Numbered from the stretch's first letter, positions 1 to 14,612 are shown. The stretch is 64,000 nucleotides of DNA from Eledone cirrhosa (GCA_964016885.1 OZ024758.1:31620001-31684000); one strand, 5' to 3'. The notes: generated by a model from the sequence alone, not told the origin. Numbers and translations: made by a program.

Positions 1-3000
1 ATAGACAATAGATGACAGCTGGGGCAAGGTCTATGTCCTACAATAGACAATAGATGACATCTGGGGGAAGGTCTATGTCCTACAATAGACAATAGATGAC
101 AGCTGGGGCAAGGTCTATGTCCTACAATAGACAATAGATGTCAGCTGGGGCAAGGTCTATGTCCTACAATGGACAATAGATGACACAGCTGGGGGAAGGT
201 CTATGTCCTACAATAGACAATAGATGACAGCTGGGAGAAGGTCTATGTCCTACAATAGACAATAGATGACAGCTGGGGGAAGGTCTATGTCCTACAATAG
301 ACAATAGATGACAGCTGGGGGAAGGTCTATGTCCTACAATGGACAATAGATGACACAGCTGGGAGAAGGTCTATGTCCTACAATAGACAATAGATGACAG
401 CTGGGAGAAGGTCTATGTCCTACAATGGACAATAGATGACAGCTGGGGGAAGGTCTATGTCCTACAATAGACAATAGATGACAGCTGGGGGAAGGTCTAT
501 GTCCTACAATGGACAATAGATGACACAGCTGGGAGAAGGTCTATGTCCTACAATAGACAATAGATGACAGCTGGGAGAAGGTCTATGTCCTACAATGGAC
601 AATAGATGACAGCTGGGGCAAGGTCTATGTCCTACAATGGACAATAGATGACACAGCTGGGGGAAGGTCTATGTCCTACAATAGACAATAGATGACAGCT
701 GGGGGAAGGTCTATGTCCTACAATAGACAATAGATGACAGCTGGGGGAAGGTCTATGTCCTACAATAGACAATAGATGACAGCTGGGGGAAGGTCTATGT
801 CCTACAATGGACAATAGATGACAGCTGGGGGAAGGTCTATGTCCTACAATGGACAATAGATGACAGCTGGGGCAAGGTCTATGTCCTACAATAGACAATA
901 GATGACAGCTGGGGGAAGGTCTATGTCCTACAATGGACATTAGATGACAGCTGGGGCAAGGTCTATGTCCTACAATAGACAGTAGATGACAGCTGGGGCA
1001 AGGTCTATGTCCTACAATAGACAATAGATGACAGCTGGGGGAAGGTCTATGTCCTACAATGGACAATAGATGACAGCTGGGGCAAGGTCTATGTCCTACA
1101 ATAGATAATAGATGACAGCTGGGGGAAGGTCTATGTCCTACAAAAGACAATAGATGTCAGCTGGGGGAAGGTCTATGTCCTACAATGGACAATAGATGAC
1201 AGCTGGGGCAAGGTCTATGTCCTACAATAGACAATTGATGACAGCTGGGGCAAGGTCTATGTCCTACAATAGACAATAGATGACAGCTGGGGGAAGGTCT
1301 ATGTCCTACAATAGACAATAGATGTCAGCTGGGGGAAGGTCTATGTCCTACAATGGACAATAGATGACAGCTGGGGCAAGGTCTATGTCCTACAATAGAC
1401 AATAGATGACAGCTGGGGCATGGTCTATGTCCTACAATAGACAATAGATGACAGCTGGGGGAAGGTCAATGTCCTACAATAGACAATAGATGTCAGCTGG
1501 GGGAAGGTCTATGTCCTACAATGGACAATAGATGACAGCTTGGGCAAGGTCTATGTCCTACAATAGACAATAGATGTCAGCTGGGGGAAGGTCTATGTCC
1601 TACAATGGACAATAGATGACAGCTGGGGCAAGGTCTATGTCCTACAATAGACAATAGATGTCAGCTGGGGGAAGGTCTATGTCCTACAATAGACAATAGA
1701 TGTCAGCTGGGGGAAGGTCTATGTCCTACAATAGACAATAGATGACAGCTGGGGGAAGGTCTATGTCCTACAATAGACAATAGATGACAGCTGGGGGAAG
1801 GTCTATGTCCTACAATAGACAATAGATGACAAAGCTGGGAGAAGGTCTATGTCCTACAATAGACAATAGATGTCAGCTGGGGCAAGGTCTATGTCCTACA
1901 ATGGACAATAGCTGACACAGCTGGGAGAAGGTCTATGTCCTACAATGGACAATAGATGACACAGCTGGGGGAAGGTCTATGTCGTACAATGGACAATAGA
2001 TGACGCAGCTGGGGGAAGGTCTATGTCCTACAATAGACAATAGATGACAGCTGGGGGGAAGGTCTATGTCCTACAATGGACAATAAATGACACAGCTGGG
2101 AGAAGGTCTATGTCCTACAATAGACAATAGATGTCAGCTGGGGGAAGGTCTATGTCCTACAATGGACAATAGATGACACAGCTGGGAGAAGGTCTATGTC
2201 CTACAATAGACAATAGATGTCAGCTGGGGGAAGGTCTATGTCCTACAATGGATAATAGATGACACAGCTGGGGGAAGGTCTATGTCCTACAATAGACAAT
2301 AGATGTCAGCTGGGGCAAGGTCTATGTCCTACAATGGACAATAAATGACACAGCTGGGGGAAGGTCTATGTCCTACAATGGACAATAAATGACACAGCTG
2401 GGGGAAGGTCTATGTCCTACAATAGACAATAGATGTCAGCTGGGGCAAGGTGTATGTCCTACAATAGACAATAGATGACACAGCTGGGGGAAGGTCTATG
2501 TCCTACAATGGAAATAGATGACACAGCTGGGGGAAGGTCTATGTCCTACAATGGACAAGAGCTGACACAGCTGGGAGAAGGTCTATGTCCTACAATAGAC
2601 AATAGATGTCAGCTGGAGCAAGGTCTATGTCCTAGAATGTACAATAAATGACACAGCTGGGAGAAGGTCTATGTCCTACAATAGACAATAGATGACACAG
2701 CTGGGAGAAGGTCTATGTCCTAAAATAGACAATAGATGACACAGCTGGGGGAAGGTCTATGTCCTACAATGGACAATAGATGACAGCTGGGGGAAGGTCT
2801 ATGTCCTACAATGGACAATAGATGACACAGCTGGGGGAAGGTCTATGTTCTACAATGGACAATAGATGACAGCTGGGGGAAGGTCTATGTCCTACTATGG
2901 ACAATAGATGTCAGCTGGGGGAAGGTCTATGTCCTACAATAGATAATAGATGACAGCTGGGGAAAGGTCTATGTCCTACAATAGACAATAGATGACAGCT

Positions 3001-6000
3001 GGGGTAATGTCTATGTCCTACAATAGACAATAGATGTCAGCTGGGGGAAAGTCTATGTCCTACAATAGACAATAGATGTCAGCTGGGGCAAGGTCTATGT
3101 CCTACAATAGACAATAGATGACACAGCTGGGAGAAGGTCTATGTCCTACAATAGACAATAGATGACACAGCTGGGAGAAGATCTATGTCCTACAATAAAC
3201 AATAGATGTCAGATGGGGGAAGGTCTATGTCCTACAATAGACAATAGATGACAGCTGGGGGAAGGTCTATGTCCTACAATGGACAATAGATGTCAGCTGG
3301 AGCAAGGTCTATGTCCTACAATAGACAATAGATGACACAGCTGGGAGAAGGTCTATGTCCTACAATAGACAATAGATGACACAGCTGGCAGAAGGTCTAT
3401 GTCCTTCAATAGACAATAGATGTCAGCTGGGGGAAGGTCTATGTCCTACAATGGACAATAGCTGACACAGCTGGGAGAAGGTCTATGTCCTACAATGGAC
3501 AATAGATGACACAGCTGGGGGAAGGTCTATGTCCTACAATGGACAATAGATGACACAGCTGGGAGAAGGTCTTTGTCCTACAATGGACAATAGATGACAG
3601 CTGGGGGAAGGTCTATATCCTACAATGGACAATAGATGACACAGCTGGGAGAAGGTCTATGTCCTACAATAGACAATAGATGGCAGCTGGGGGAAGGTCT
3701 ATGTCCTACAATGGACAATAGATGACAAAGCTGGGAGAAGGTCTATGTCCTACAATAGACAATAGATGTCAGCTGGGGCAAGGTCTATGTCCTACAATGG
3801 ACAATAGATGACACAGCTGGGGGAAGGTCTATGTCCTACAATGGACAATAGATGACAGCTGGGGGAATGTCTATGTCCTACAATGGACAATAGATGACAC
3901 AGCTGGGAGAAGGTCTATGTCCTACAATGGACAATAGATGACAGCTGGGGGAAGGTCTATGTCCTACAATGGACAATAGATGTGAGCTGGGGGAAGGTCT
4001 ATGTCCTACAATAGACAATAGATGACAGCTGGGGCAAGGTCTATTTCCTACAATAGACAATAGATGACAGCTGGGGGAAGGTCTATGTCCTACAATAGAC
4101 AACAGATGTCAGCTGGTGGAAGGTCTATGTCCTACAATAGACAATAGATGTCAGCTGGGGGAAGGTCTATGTCCTACAATAGACAATAGATGACAGCTGG
4201 GGGAAGGTCTATGTCTTACAATAGACAATAGATGTCAGCTGGGGGAAGGTCTATGTCCTTCAATAGACAATAGATGTCAGCTGGGGGAAGGTCTATGTCC
4301 TACAATGTACAATAGATGACACAGCTGGGAGAAGGTCTATGTCCTACAATAGACAATAGATATCAGCTGGGGGAAGGTCTATGTCCTACAATAGACAATA
4401 GATGTCAGCTGGGGGAAGGTCTATGTCCTACAATGGACAATAGATGACACAGCTGGGAGAAGGTCTATGTCCTACAATAGACAATAGATGACAGCTGGGG
4501 CAAGGTCTATGTCCTACAATAGACAATAGATGACAGCTGGGGGAAGGTCTATGTCCTACAATAAACAATAGATGACAGCTGGGGGAAGGTCTATGTCCTA
4601 CAATGGACAATAGATGACAGCTGGGGCAAGGTCTATGTCCTACAATGGACAATAGATGACAGCTGGGGGAAGGTCTATGTCCTACAATGGACAATAGATG
4701 ACAGCTGGGGCAAGGTCTATGTCCTACAATAGACAATAGATGACAGCTGGGGGAAGGTCTATGTCCTACAATGGACATTAGATGACAGCTGGGGCAAGGT
4801 CTATGTCCTACAATAGACAGTAGATGACAGCTGGGGCAAGGTCTATGTCCTACAATAGACAATAGATGACAGCTGGGGGAAGGTCTATGTCCTACAATGG
4901 ACAATAGATGACAGCTGGGGCAAGGTCTATGTCCTACAATAGATAATAGATGACAGCTGGGGGAAGGTCTATGTCCTACAAAAGACAATAGATGTCAGCT
5001 GGGGGAAGGTCTATGTCCTACAATGGACAATAGATGACAGCTGGGGCAAGGTCTATGTCCTACAATAGACAATTGATGACAGCTGGGGCAAGGTCTATGT
5101 CCTACAATAGACAATAGATGACAGCTGGGGGAAGGTCTATGTCCTACAATAGACAATAGATGTCAGCTGGGGGAAGGTCTATGTCCTACAATGGACAATA
5201 GATGACAGCTGGGGCAAGGTCTATGTCCTACAATAGACAATAGATGACAGCTGGGGCATGGTCTATGTCCTACAATAGACAATAGATGACAGCTGGGGGA
5301 AGGTCAATGTCCTACAATAGACAATAGATGTCAGCTGGGGGAAGGTCTATGTCCTACAATGGACAATAGATGACAGCTTGGGCAAGGTCTATGTCCTACA
5401 ATAGACAATAGATGTCAGCTGGGGGAAGGTCTATGTCCTACAATGGACAATAGATGACAGCTGGGGCAAGGTCTATGTCCTACAATAGACAATAGATGTC
5501 AGCTGGGGGAAGGTCTATGTCCTACAATAGACAATAGATGTCAGCTGGGGGAAGGTCTATGTCCTACAATAGACAATAGATGACAGCTGGGGGAAGGTCT
5601 ATGTCCTACAATAGACAATAGATGACAGCTGGGGGAAGGTCTATGTCCTACAATAGACAATAGATGTCAGCTGGGGGAAGGTCTATGTCCTACAATAGAC
5701 AATAGATGTCAGCTGGGGGAAGGTCTATGTCCTACAATGGACAATAGATGACAGCTGGGGAAAGGTCTATGTCCTACAATGGACAATAGATGACACAGCT
5801 GGGGGAAGGTCTATGTCCTACAGTAGACAATAGATGACAGCTGGGGCAAGGTCTATGTCCTACAATAGACAATAGATGACAGCTGGGGCAAGGTCTATGT
5901 CCTACAATAGACAATAGATGACATCTGGGGGAAGGTCTATGTCCTACAATAGACAATAGATGACAGCTGGGGCAAGGTCTATGTCCTACAATAGACAATA

Positions 6001-9000
6001 GATGTCAGCTGGGGCAAGGTCTATGTCCTACAATGGACAATAGATGACACAGCTGGGGGAAGGTCTATGTCCTACAATAGACAATAGATGACAGCTGGGA
6101 GAAGGTCTAAGTCCTACAATAGACAATAGATGACAGCTGGGGCAAGGCCTATCTCCTACAATAGACAATAGATGACAGCTGGGGCAAGGTCTATGTCCTA
6201 CAATAGACAATAGATGACAGCTGGGGGAAGGTCTATGTCCTACAATAGACAATAGATGACAGCTGGGGCAAGGTCTATGTCCTACAATGGACAATAGATG
6301 ACACAGCTGGGGGAAGGTCTATGTCCTACAATAGACAATAGATGACAGCTGGGGGAAGGTCTATGTCCTACAATAGACAATAGATGACAGCTGGGGGAAG
6401 GTCTATGTCCTACAATAGACAATAGATGACAGCTGGGGGAAGGTCTATGTCCTACAATAGACAATAGATGACAGCTGGGGGAAGGTCTATGTCCTACAAT
6501 GGACAATAGATGACACAGCTGGGAGAAGGTCTTTGTCCTACAATAGACAATAGATGACAGCTGGGAGAAGGTCTATGTCCTACAATGGACAATAGATGAC
6601 AGCTGGGGGAAGGTCTATGTCCTACAATAGACAATAGATGACAGCTGGGGGAAGGTCTATGTCCTACAATAGACAATAGATGACAGCTGGGGGAAGGTCT
6701 ATGTCCTACAATAGACAATAGATGACAGCTGGGGGAAGGTCTATGTCCTACAATAGACAATAGATGACAGCTGGGGGAAGGTCTATGTCCTACAATGGAC
6801 AATAGATGACACAGCTGGGAGAAGGTCTATGTCCTACAATAGACAATAGATGACAGCTGGGAGAAGGTCTATGTCCTACAATGGACAATAGATGACAGCT
6901 GGGGGAAGGTCTATGTCCTACAATAGACAATAGATGACAGCTGGGGGAAGGTCTATGTCCTACAATGGACAATAGATGACACAGCTGGGAGAAGGTCTAT
7001 GTCCTACAATAGACAATAGATGACAGCTGGGAGAAGGTCTATGTCCTACAATGGACAATAGATGACAGCTGGGGCAAGGTCTATGTCCTACAATGGACAA
7101 TAGATGACACAGCTGGGGGAAGGTCTATGTCCTACAATAGACAATAGATGACAGCTGGGGGAAGGTCTATGTCCTACAATAGACAATAGATGACAGCTGG
7201 GGGAAGGTCTATGTCCTACAATAGACAATAGATGACAGCTGGGGGAAGGTCTATGTCCTACAATGGACAATAGATGACAGCTGGGGGAAGGTCTATGTCC
7301 TACAATGGACAATAGATGACAGCTGGGGCAAGGTCTATGTCCTACAATAGACAATAGATGACAGCTGGGGGAAGGTCTATGTCCTACAATGGACATTAGA
7401 TGACAGCTGGGGCAAGGTCTATGTCCTACAATAGACAGTAGATGACAGCTGGGGCAAGGTCTATGTCCTACAATAGACAATAGATGACAGCTGGGGGAAG
7501 GTCTATGTCCTACAATGGACAATAGATGACAGCTGGGGCAAGGTCTATGTCCTACAATAGATAATAGATGACAGCTGGGGGAAGGTCTATGTCCTACAAA
7601 AGACAATAGATGTCAGCTGGGGGAAGGTCTATGTCCTACAATGGACAATAGATGACAGCTGGGGCAAGGTCTATGTCCTACAATAGACAATTGATGACAG
7701 CTGGGGCAAGGTCTATGTCCTACAATAGACAATAGATGACAGCTGGGGGAAGGTCTATGTCCTACAATAGACAATAGATGTCAGCTGGGGGAAGGTCTAT
7801 GTCCTACAATGGACAATAGATGACAGCTGGGGCAAGGTCTATGTCCTACAATAGACAATAGATGACAGCTGGGGCATGGTCTATGTCCTACAATAGACAA
7901 TAGATGACAGCTGGGGGAAGGTCAATGTCCTACAATAGACAATAGATGTCAGCTGGGGGAAGGTCTATGTCCTACAATGGACAATAGATGACAGCTTGGG
8001 CAAGGTCTATGTCCTACAATAGACAATAGATGTCAGCTGGGGGAAGGTCTATGTCCTACAATGGACAATAGATGACAGCTGGGGCAAGGTCTATGTCCTA
8101 CAATAGACAATAGATGTCAGCTGGGGGAAGGTCTATGTCCTACAATAGACAATAGATGTCAGCTGGGGGAAGGTCTATGTCCTACAATAGACAATAGATG
8201 ACAGCTGGGGGAAGGTCTATGTCCTACAATAGACAATAGATGACAGCTGGGGGAAGGTCTATGTCCTACAATAGACAATAGATGTCAGCTGGGGGAAGGT
8301 CTATGTCCTACAATAGACAATAGATGTCAGCTGGGGGAAGGTCTATGTCCTACAATGGACAATAGATGACAGCTGGGGAAAGGTCTATGTCCTACAATGG
8401 ACAATAGATGACACAGCTGGGGGAAGGTCTATGTCCTACAGTAGACAATAGATGACAGCTGGGGCAAGGTCTATGTCCTACAATAGACAATAGATGACAG
8501 CTGGGGCAAGGTCTATGTCCTACAATAGACAATAGATGACATCTGGGGGAAGGTCTATGTCCTACAATAGACAATAGATGACAGCTGGGGCAAGGTCTAT
8601 GTCCTACAATAGACAATAGATGTCAGCTGGGGCAAGGTCTATGTCCTACAATGGACAATAGATGACACAGCTGGGGGAAGGTCTATGTCCTACAATAGAC
8701 AATAGATGACAGCTGGGAGAAGGTCTAAGTCCTACAATAGACAATAGATGACAGCTGGGGCAAGGCCTATCTCCTACAATAGACAATAGATGACAGCTGG
8801 GGCAAGGTCTATGTCCTACAATAGACAATAGATGACAGCTGGGGGAAGGTCTATGTCCTACAATAGACAATAGATGACAGCTGGGGCAAGGTCTATGTCC
8901 TACAATGGACAATAGATGACACAGCTGATGGAAGGTCTATGTCCTACAATAGACAATAGATGACAGCTGGGGGAAGGTCTATGTCCTACAATAGACAATA

Positions 9001-9250
9001 GATGACAGCTGGGGGAAGGTCTATGTCCTACAATAGACAATAGATGACAGCTGGGGGAAGGTCTATGTCCTACAATAGACAATAGATGACAGCTGGGGGA
9101 AGGTCTGTGTCCTACAATGGACAATAGATGACACAGCTGGGAGAAGGTCTATGTCCTACAATAGACAATAGATGACAGCTGGGAGAAGGTCTATGTCCTA
9201 CAATGGACAATAGATGACAGCTGGGGTAAGGTCTATGTCCTACAACAGAC
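1..9250. repeat. 42-bp minisatellite array (~218 units, open at window start), with 44-bp (+AC) variants and higher-order duplications
   Basis: Unit TCCTACAAT(A/G)GACAATAGATGAC(AC)AGCTGGGG(G/C)AAGGTCTATG repeated head-to-tail without spacers; ends at ...TACAACAGAC (9250). Confidence 0.98.
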
Positions 9251-10066
9251 TTTCCAGGGCTGAAGTTAATGAAGATAATGAAATTTTAGTTCAGTCTTAT
9301 GTTTCATTATTTCAGTCATAAAAGTATTGTTGCTAAAAGATTCCTTTTATCAACTAATTAGCTGAGGTACCCAGCTTCACCCAGGTAAACAGATAAGAGA
9401 AGACAGGTAGAAGAGAAAACCACTGGATTGGATGCGTTGTTTGGTTTACAGTATAAATGTGTGATGTATGTGTGTGTGTGTGTGTCTCAGTGTGTGTGTG
9501 TACACCAACATTTGAATCGGAGACAATTGCTATGAAACACAATCATCACTGACAAGGAAAGTGCAGAGAGAATCCCTTATGGTTGATTCCCAACCTGCTA
9601 GAAATAACAGTCAGATTGGTTAGCATACCCAGGATGGTTTTCTTCTTTGATGTTATTAAATTATTATCAATAAACGTTCCTGGATATACCCTTATTCCAT
9701 TGCTGGGCTTACTTTACAATTGTCACTTTTCGTTTTTGTGATGCATGAAGGAACCAACCAACGAACATCTCTTTTTTATATTATGTGTAGATTTCCCTTT
9801 ATTCAATCCACATTCTGGATCATTCTTTAAGTATACTATTCAAAGTTTTGCTGTTTTTTTTTGTTCGTTTTTTTTCCTTATGAAAAAGAACTATGTGAAT
9901 TCTTATTAAAATAAGTTGAATGATTTAATTGGTTTAGTTTAGAGCAATTGTAATGAAAGAGAGCAAGGCTATTGAAATATCTATGTATAGATACAACAGC
10001 ATACTATGTTATATATAACAGGAGAATTGCTGCCTTTCTGGGTCAGAAATCAATAAATATATTTAA

Positions 10067-10067
<1 letters not shown>

Positions 10068-10127
<60 letters not shown>

Positions 10128-10181
10128 GTGAGTGTGTATGTGTGTGTTTACATGTATATGTATATATATACATATATATAA
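10068..10181. repeat. (TG)n/(TA)n microsatellite
   Basis: Direct reading. Confidence 0.95.
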
Positions 10182-10907
10182 GGAACGAAGCATACATGTT
10201 CCGTTGGATGTCTAATAGTAATATACACGAACGGCAAAACATAAATGAACTAAGTGAGAAATTAGCCATAAAAGGGATCAGATGCTGTTTACTTGACAGA
10301 AGACTACGTTGGTATGGCCACATGATACGCATGAAAGACAACAGCTGTATAACAAATTGCAGGGCGATCAAAATTGATGGAAGTTGCGGAGTAGGTAGAC
10401 CCAGAAAAACCTGGGACGATTTGATAAATTCCGACCTTGCACACTTGCAACTCTCTAAGACAATGTCACTGGATTGAGATTTTTGGCGCCACGCAGTAAT
10501 ACAGAAGACCCGCCTTGCCTACGTGCAAAGTTAACCTACAGTCAGTAGGCCCCTCCAAACCAAACATACACCCCTACTCCATCCTTCCACTCCCGCCAAC
10601 ACCACCCTTTCTCTATAAAGTTATGTTGGTACAACATCCAGTTCAAACTAATGAGGTTGTGTATGGTCACGACAAAAAAAAACGTCCACGCTGCAATGTG
10701 GTCATGTAGGTAACACAGTAAAAATCTCCCAGTCTACACTGTAAATGTGGTTGATGTTAGGAAGGGCATCCAACCATGGAAAACCTTCCAGACAGTCCTA
10801 TACAAGCGAGACACAGTCACCCGACCAATCTTGCCTCAAATGGGACAATTCCCGTCTAACCCATGCTAGTGTGGAAGATAAATGTTAAATGATGATGATG
10901 ATGATGC
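10182..10907 (+). mobile_element. RTE LINE family A, old 5'-truncated 3' fragment
   Basis: RNEAYMFRWM...RRLRWYGHM...GRPRKTW peptide with a premature stop; C-rich 3' UTR; GTTAGGAAGGGCATCC motif; (GAT)n tail followed by (TA)n. Confidence 0.9.
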
Positions 10908-10925
10908 TATATATATATATATATG

Positions 10926-11450
10926 TACTGGGTTACATGTTACCAGTAGCACTGAAGAGCAACCTGACAGTACAACCTGTCTCATGGTCGGGCCGTCAGC
11001 GACTAAACCAACGATCCCACCAGCTTGGTAAGGAGGGTGATATTTGGACACCCTGTGGGATGAAATACAAGACCCGGCAAAGGTGGGAGGAACTCAGCAG
11101 AGTCAACGGCCATCCAAATAGTACTTTCTTTTTTTTTTTCACCTGAGAGTGAAAGGTCCCCAGTTGTTGTCACAACACCTTTCTAGGAGAAGGAAACTCT
11201 GAAAAAATCCTGCAGCTTCGGAAGCATCCGATGATGTTGACCAGTTCTCCTTTTCCGGTAGTGATTTTGATGCTCAGAGAGTGGGATTGGTCGAGTGCAA
11301 GGCCTTCCTCACTTAAAAAACCTTCAAAGCACAGGCATTGCTTGTTCAGGGTCTGTTACAGGTTTGTGTCGCTGGCTGTAGCCTAAAAGTGCACCAAACT
11401 CTGTAATCTGACAACCAATTGCAGTACTCTTAACAGAGTTTGCAGCCATC
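10926..11450 (+). mobile_element. Non-coding element between two (TA)n runs, resembling an RTE 5' UTR (non-autonomous RTE derivative)
   Basis: GC-richer than its flanks; several hairpins; GGAGAAGGAAACTCTG at 11186-11201 recalls a motif of RTE-clade 5' UTRs (from memory); TA runs on both sides. Confidence 0.45.
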
Positions 11451-11459
11451 ATATATATG

Positions 11460-11519
<60 letters not shown>

Positions 11520-11550
11520 TATATACATATACATATACATATATGTATAC
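11451..11550. repeat. (TA)n microsatellite
   Basis: Direct reading. Confidence 0.95.
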
Positions 11551-14187
11551 ATTTGTAATTAGAGAAAACAAATATTTGTCGATGACTAATATCATTTTCA
11601 ATTTTTATCAAATAAGTGAAACAATTCTGGATATGTTTCAGCATTATTATGACCTCATCAGTAAAGTATTTGCTGGCATAGTGATGTCAGAATCTGTAAG
11701 TATATGTACAAGATCATATACCAGTTGCCATAAGAAAATAGAATTGTTTGAAGTATAAACAATTTTGATAATCTATCTGCATGAAAAATAATAGTTAAAT
11801 GTGTACTCACCACAAAATAAAAATGAAATGTTGTTCTTTTCTCACCTCATCACATAATTATTTTCAATGCTTGAGTGAGTAACATTAGAAAAGCTGTCAA
11901 CTGTGAAAATAAATGATCCAGCAATATACAGGTATTTAAATTTGAAAAAAGAAATGTACACTATAATCATTATAGCATGAAAATGGATGTAGAGACTATA
12001 AAATGTGAATTATATTGAAAACAAAATAGTTTGCTTTATATTTATTCAATAACTATGAATATCAACCACTTGACATGGTTATTTCATGGCACACTGAGCT
12101 TACACTGACTTATGGCTCTCCAATATAGACTTTACTCAGCAGATATTTATATCTTAATAATCAAAGCAATTATTGATGTCATAAAAAGGAATTCATTCAT
12201 AAACTAGAAATTATCTAAACTTAGCCTACCCACACAGTCATGGAGAAATGGATATAAAAGTCTTTTTTTTTTTAGTATAATAATACATATTTGATAGTCT
12301 TGTTGTTTATACCCAGATTAGTTTGGGTTGAGTAGACTGTTGGGCTAGGGAGCTGGAAGTACAGGAGTCATCTTGTCAAAAGAGAGGGGCCAGTGAATCA
12401 TGTTGGAAGTGCAGACTGTGTCTCCAGGCCTTCTGTCTCTAAATGATAGAGAGTGGATGCTGAGCTGAAGTGAGTGAATCTCGCCTTGAGGCGGGGGCTG
12501 CATACTATAGAGATGTGTACTGATTCTAGTGAAGACACAAAGATAGGTCCCTTCACTTCTTACAATAAAGACATTTTAGCTATGACTGTATATCCATCCA
12601 ATGTAACCTTCAATTTTTTGAATGTTTTGCTTCTATTTCTATCAGGTTGTTTGTTCATTTTGTTTTTTGCCTCTGGCCAGGCAATGAATTACAAGAACAA
12701 TACTTATGGATGAAATAACATTTAGAAGTATGCAACAAGATACTTTAGATAATCAATACTAAAAAAAAAAATCACGGGAACATAAAGAAGAAAAAAGAAG
12801 AAATTTCACGAAACTCATTTATAAGTAAATTTATGATGGAATGTAAATTTGCATGAAAATCTTTCCTTGTAGTTAATCACATAAGACAAAGATGAAGGTC
12901 TCAGAATAGAACTACAGAAGTTAATATGTAGTCTTGAGTAAATTTTATGACTATTACTTTGTTCAATAAGGGAAGCAAGAAAAAAAAAGTTTTATTTTAT
13001 AAAATAGTATTTCTTTTGCAGTAAGAAAATAGCAAACCCTATAAGCAGAAATAGCATAGATTATAGAAAATAGATTGCTCTCCATAAGGTTTCTAGGCTG
13101 AGAATAACAAGGACAATTGGTAATTGGGAAATGGTATAATACTAATATCACGAAATAATTTCAGTTGGAAAACTAGATATTGTTAATACCTTTAATGGCT
13201 AGAATTAGAATTGAAAACATCTGTTTAATATCTTCAATTCAATGGAAGATAATGGTAGTATTGATTAAATCATTATGGCCTCTTAGTTTCTTGATATTAT
13301 TCTACAAAACACAGGCTTCTTGAGACAAAGCCAATAGAGTTATATAAAAAGTAAGTTTTGTTCTAATGCATTTATGTAGTTAGCCCACTGACAGAACTAA
13401 GATGATGTGTTCAACATGTGGAACTAAGCAAATAAATTAGAAAACTGTTATTGTATTGTCTTATCTAAAGCCATAAGAAATTGATCAAATTATCTCGGAG
13501 GTGGCTTGTAACCAATATGAACAGAAAGTCAAGTGATTCAGATGTGATTTATTAGTTTCGCAAGGAAATATTGATAATTCTGTCAATATATAAACTGCAG
13601 TTACCAACTCTAAGTGAATTAAGTGTATTTACTTGTGTGTGTATCAGTACTATCATGGGAGAAGAATCAAACATTGATACTCATATTATATAGTTTATTT
13701 ACTGAGATTGATGATCAAAATCTATTTGGATTTAACAAATCTGTTTCAACACCAGAATTAAGCTCTGAAACTACATACATTAGAGTTTAATAAACAATAA
13801 GAAGATTATAATGAATACAAAAGAATTAAACAAATTCAGAAAAATAAAATAAAATGGTTGCTTACTTCCCCTGTTTGAGAACAAGACTATTGCATTAGAC
13901 TTCTACAGTAATGTAGCTAAGACAACTGTCTGGTTGGTTCAATCAGCTATATATTTAAATTATACAATGGTCTGCTTAGGAAGTGGGCTGGTAGTAAACA
14001 TAGTGCTCCTGGAAAGAACAAGATGTGGAGATAAGAAAAACTAGATCAAGAATACTACAGTCGGCTGACTATGAAGGAGTGATGCTAGAGCTGTGAAATC
14101 TTAGTCAACCTATGAAATTTTCAGCAGACCCTTGTAGATAAAATTCCTATTTCATCCTCTCATTATTATTTATCTGTGGTCTAATGA

Positions 14188-14612
14188 CAGTGGATTAGCA
14201 GGATTGTTAAAGTGTTAAACAAAATGATTTGCATTAGTTACGGCCCTTTGATTTCTGAGTTCAAATCCCATCAAGGTCAACTTTGCCTTTCATCCTTCAG
14301 GGATGAAGAAAATATAGTACCAGCCATGTACTGGATCAATTTAATTGACTTTAACCTCCCCCAAAATTGCTGGCTTTGTGCCTAAATTAGAAACCATTAT
14401 CATTTACCTCTGCTGTGAGGGTGGTGGAATGAACAAAATGCTTTGCAGCATTTTGTTATGGCCCTTTATGTTCTGACTTCAACTTTGCCTTTCACCTTTC
14501 TGAGGGGTGAGGAGGGTCGATAAAATAAGTACCAGTTACGTAATGGGGTTGATATAACCAACTTTCCCTCCCCACAAATTAACTCTGTGCCTAAATTAAA
14601 AATCATTATTAT
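14188..14612 (+). mobile_element. Two tandem tRNA-derived SINEs with Nin/Deu-type central domain
   Basis: B-box GAGTTCAAATCCC followed by AACTTTGCCTTTCATCCTT..GGTCGATAAAATAAGTACCAG-like core and TGTGCCTAAATTA tail; the same family recurs more than 10 times in the window. Confidence 0.75.

Noticed and set aside
1-9250. CRISPR array or repeat protein (SIVGHRPSPSCHLL ORFs)
   Set aside because: No unique spacers and no cas genes; the ORFs arise because 42 is a multiple of 3, and they are broken freely by 2-bp indels.
12290-12560. Possible old Ingi/Vingi-like LINE remnant on the - strand (PRLKAR-like peptide)
   Set aside because: Too degraded to support without a profile search.
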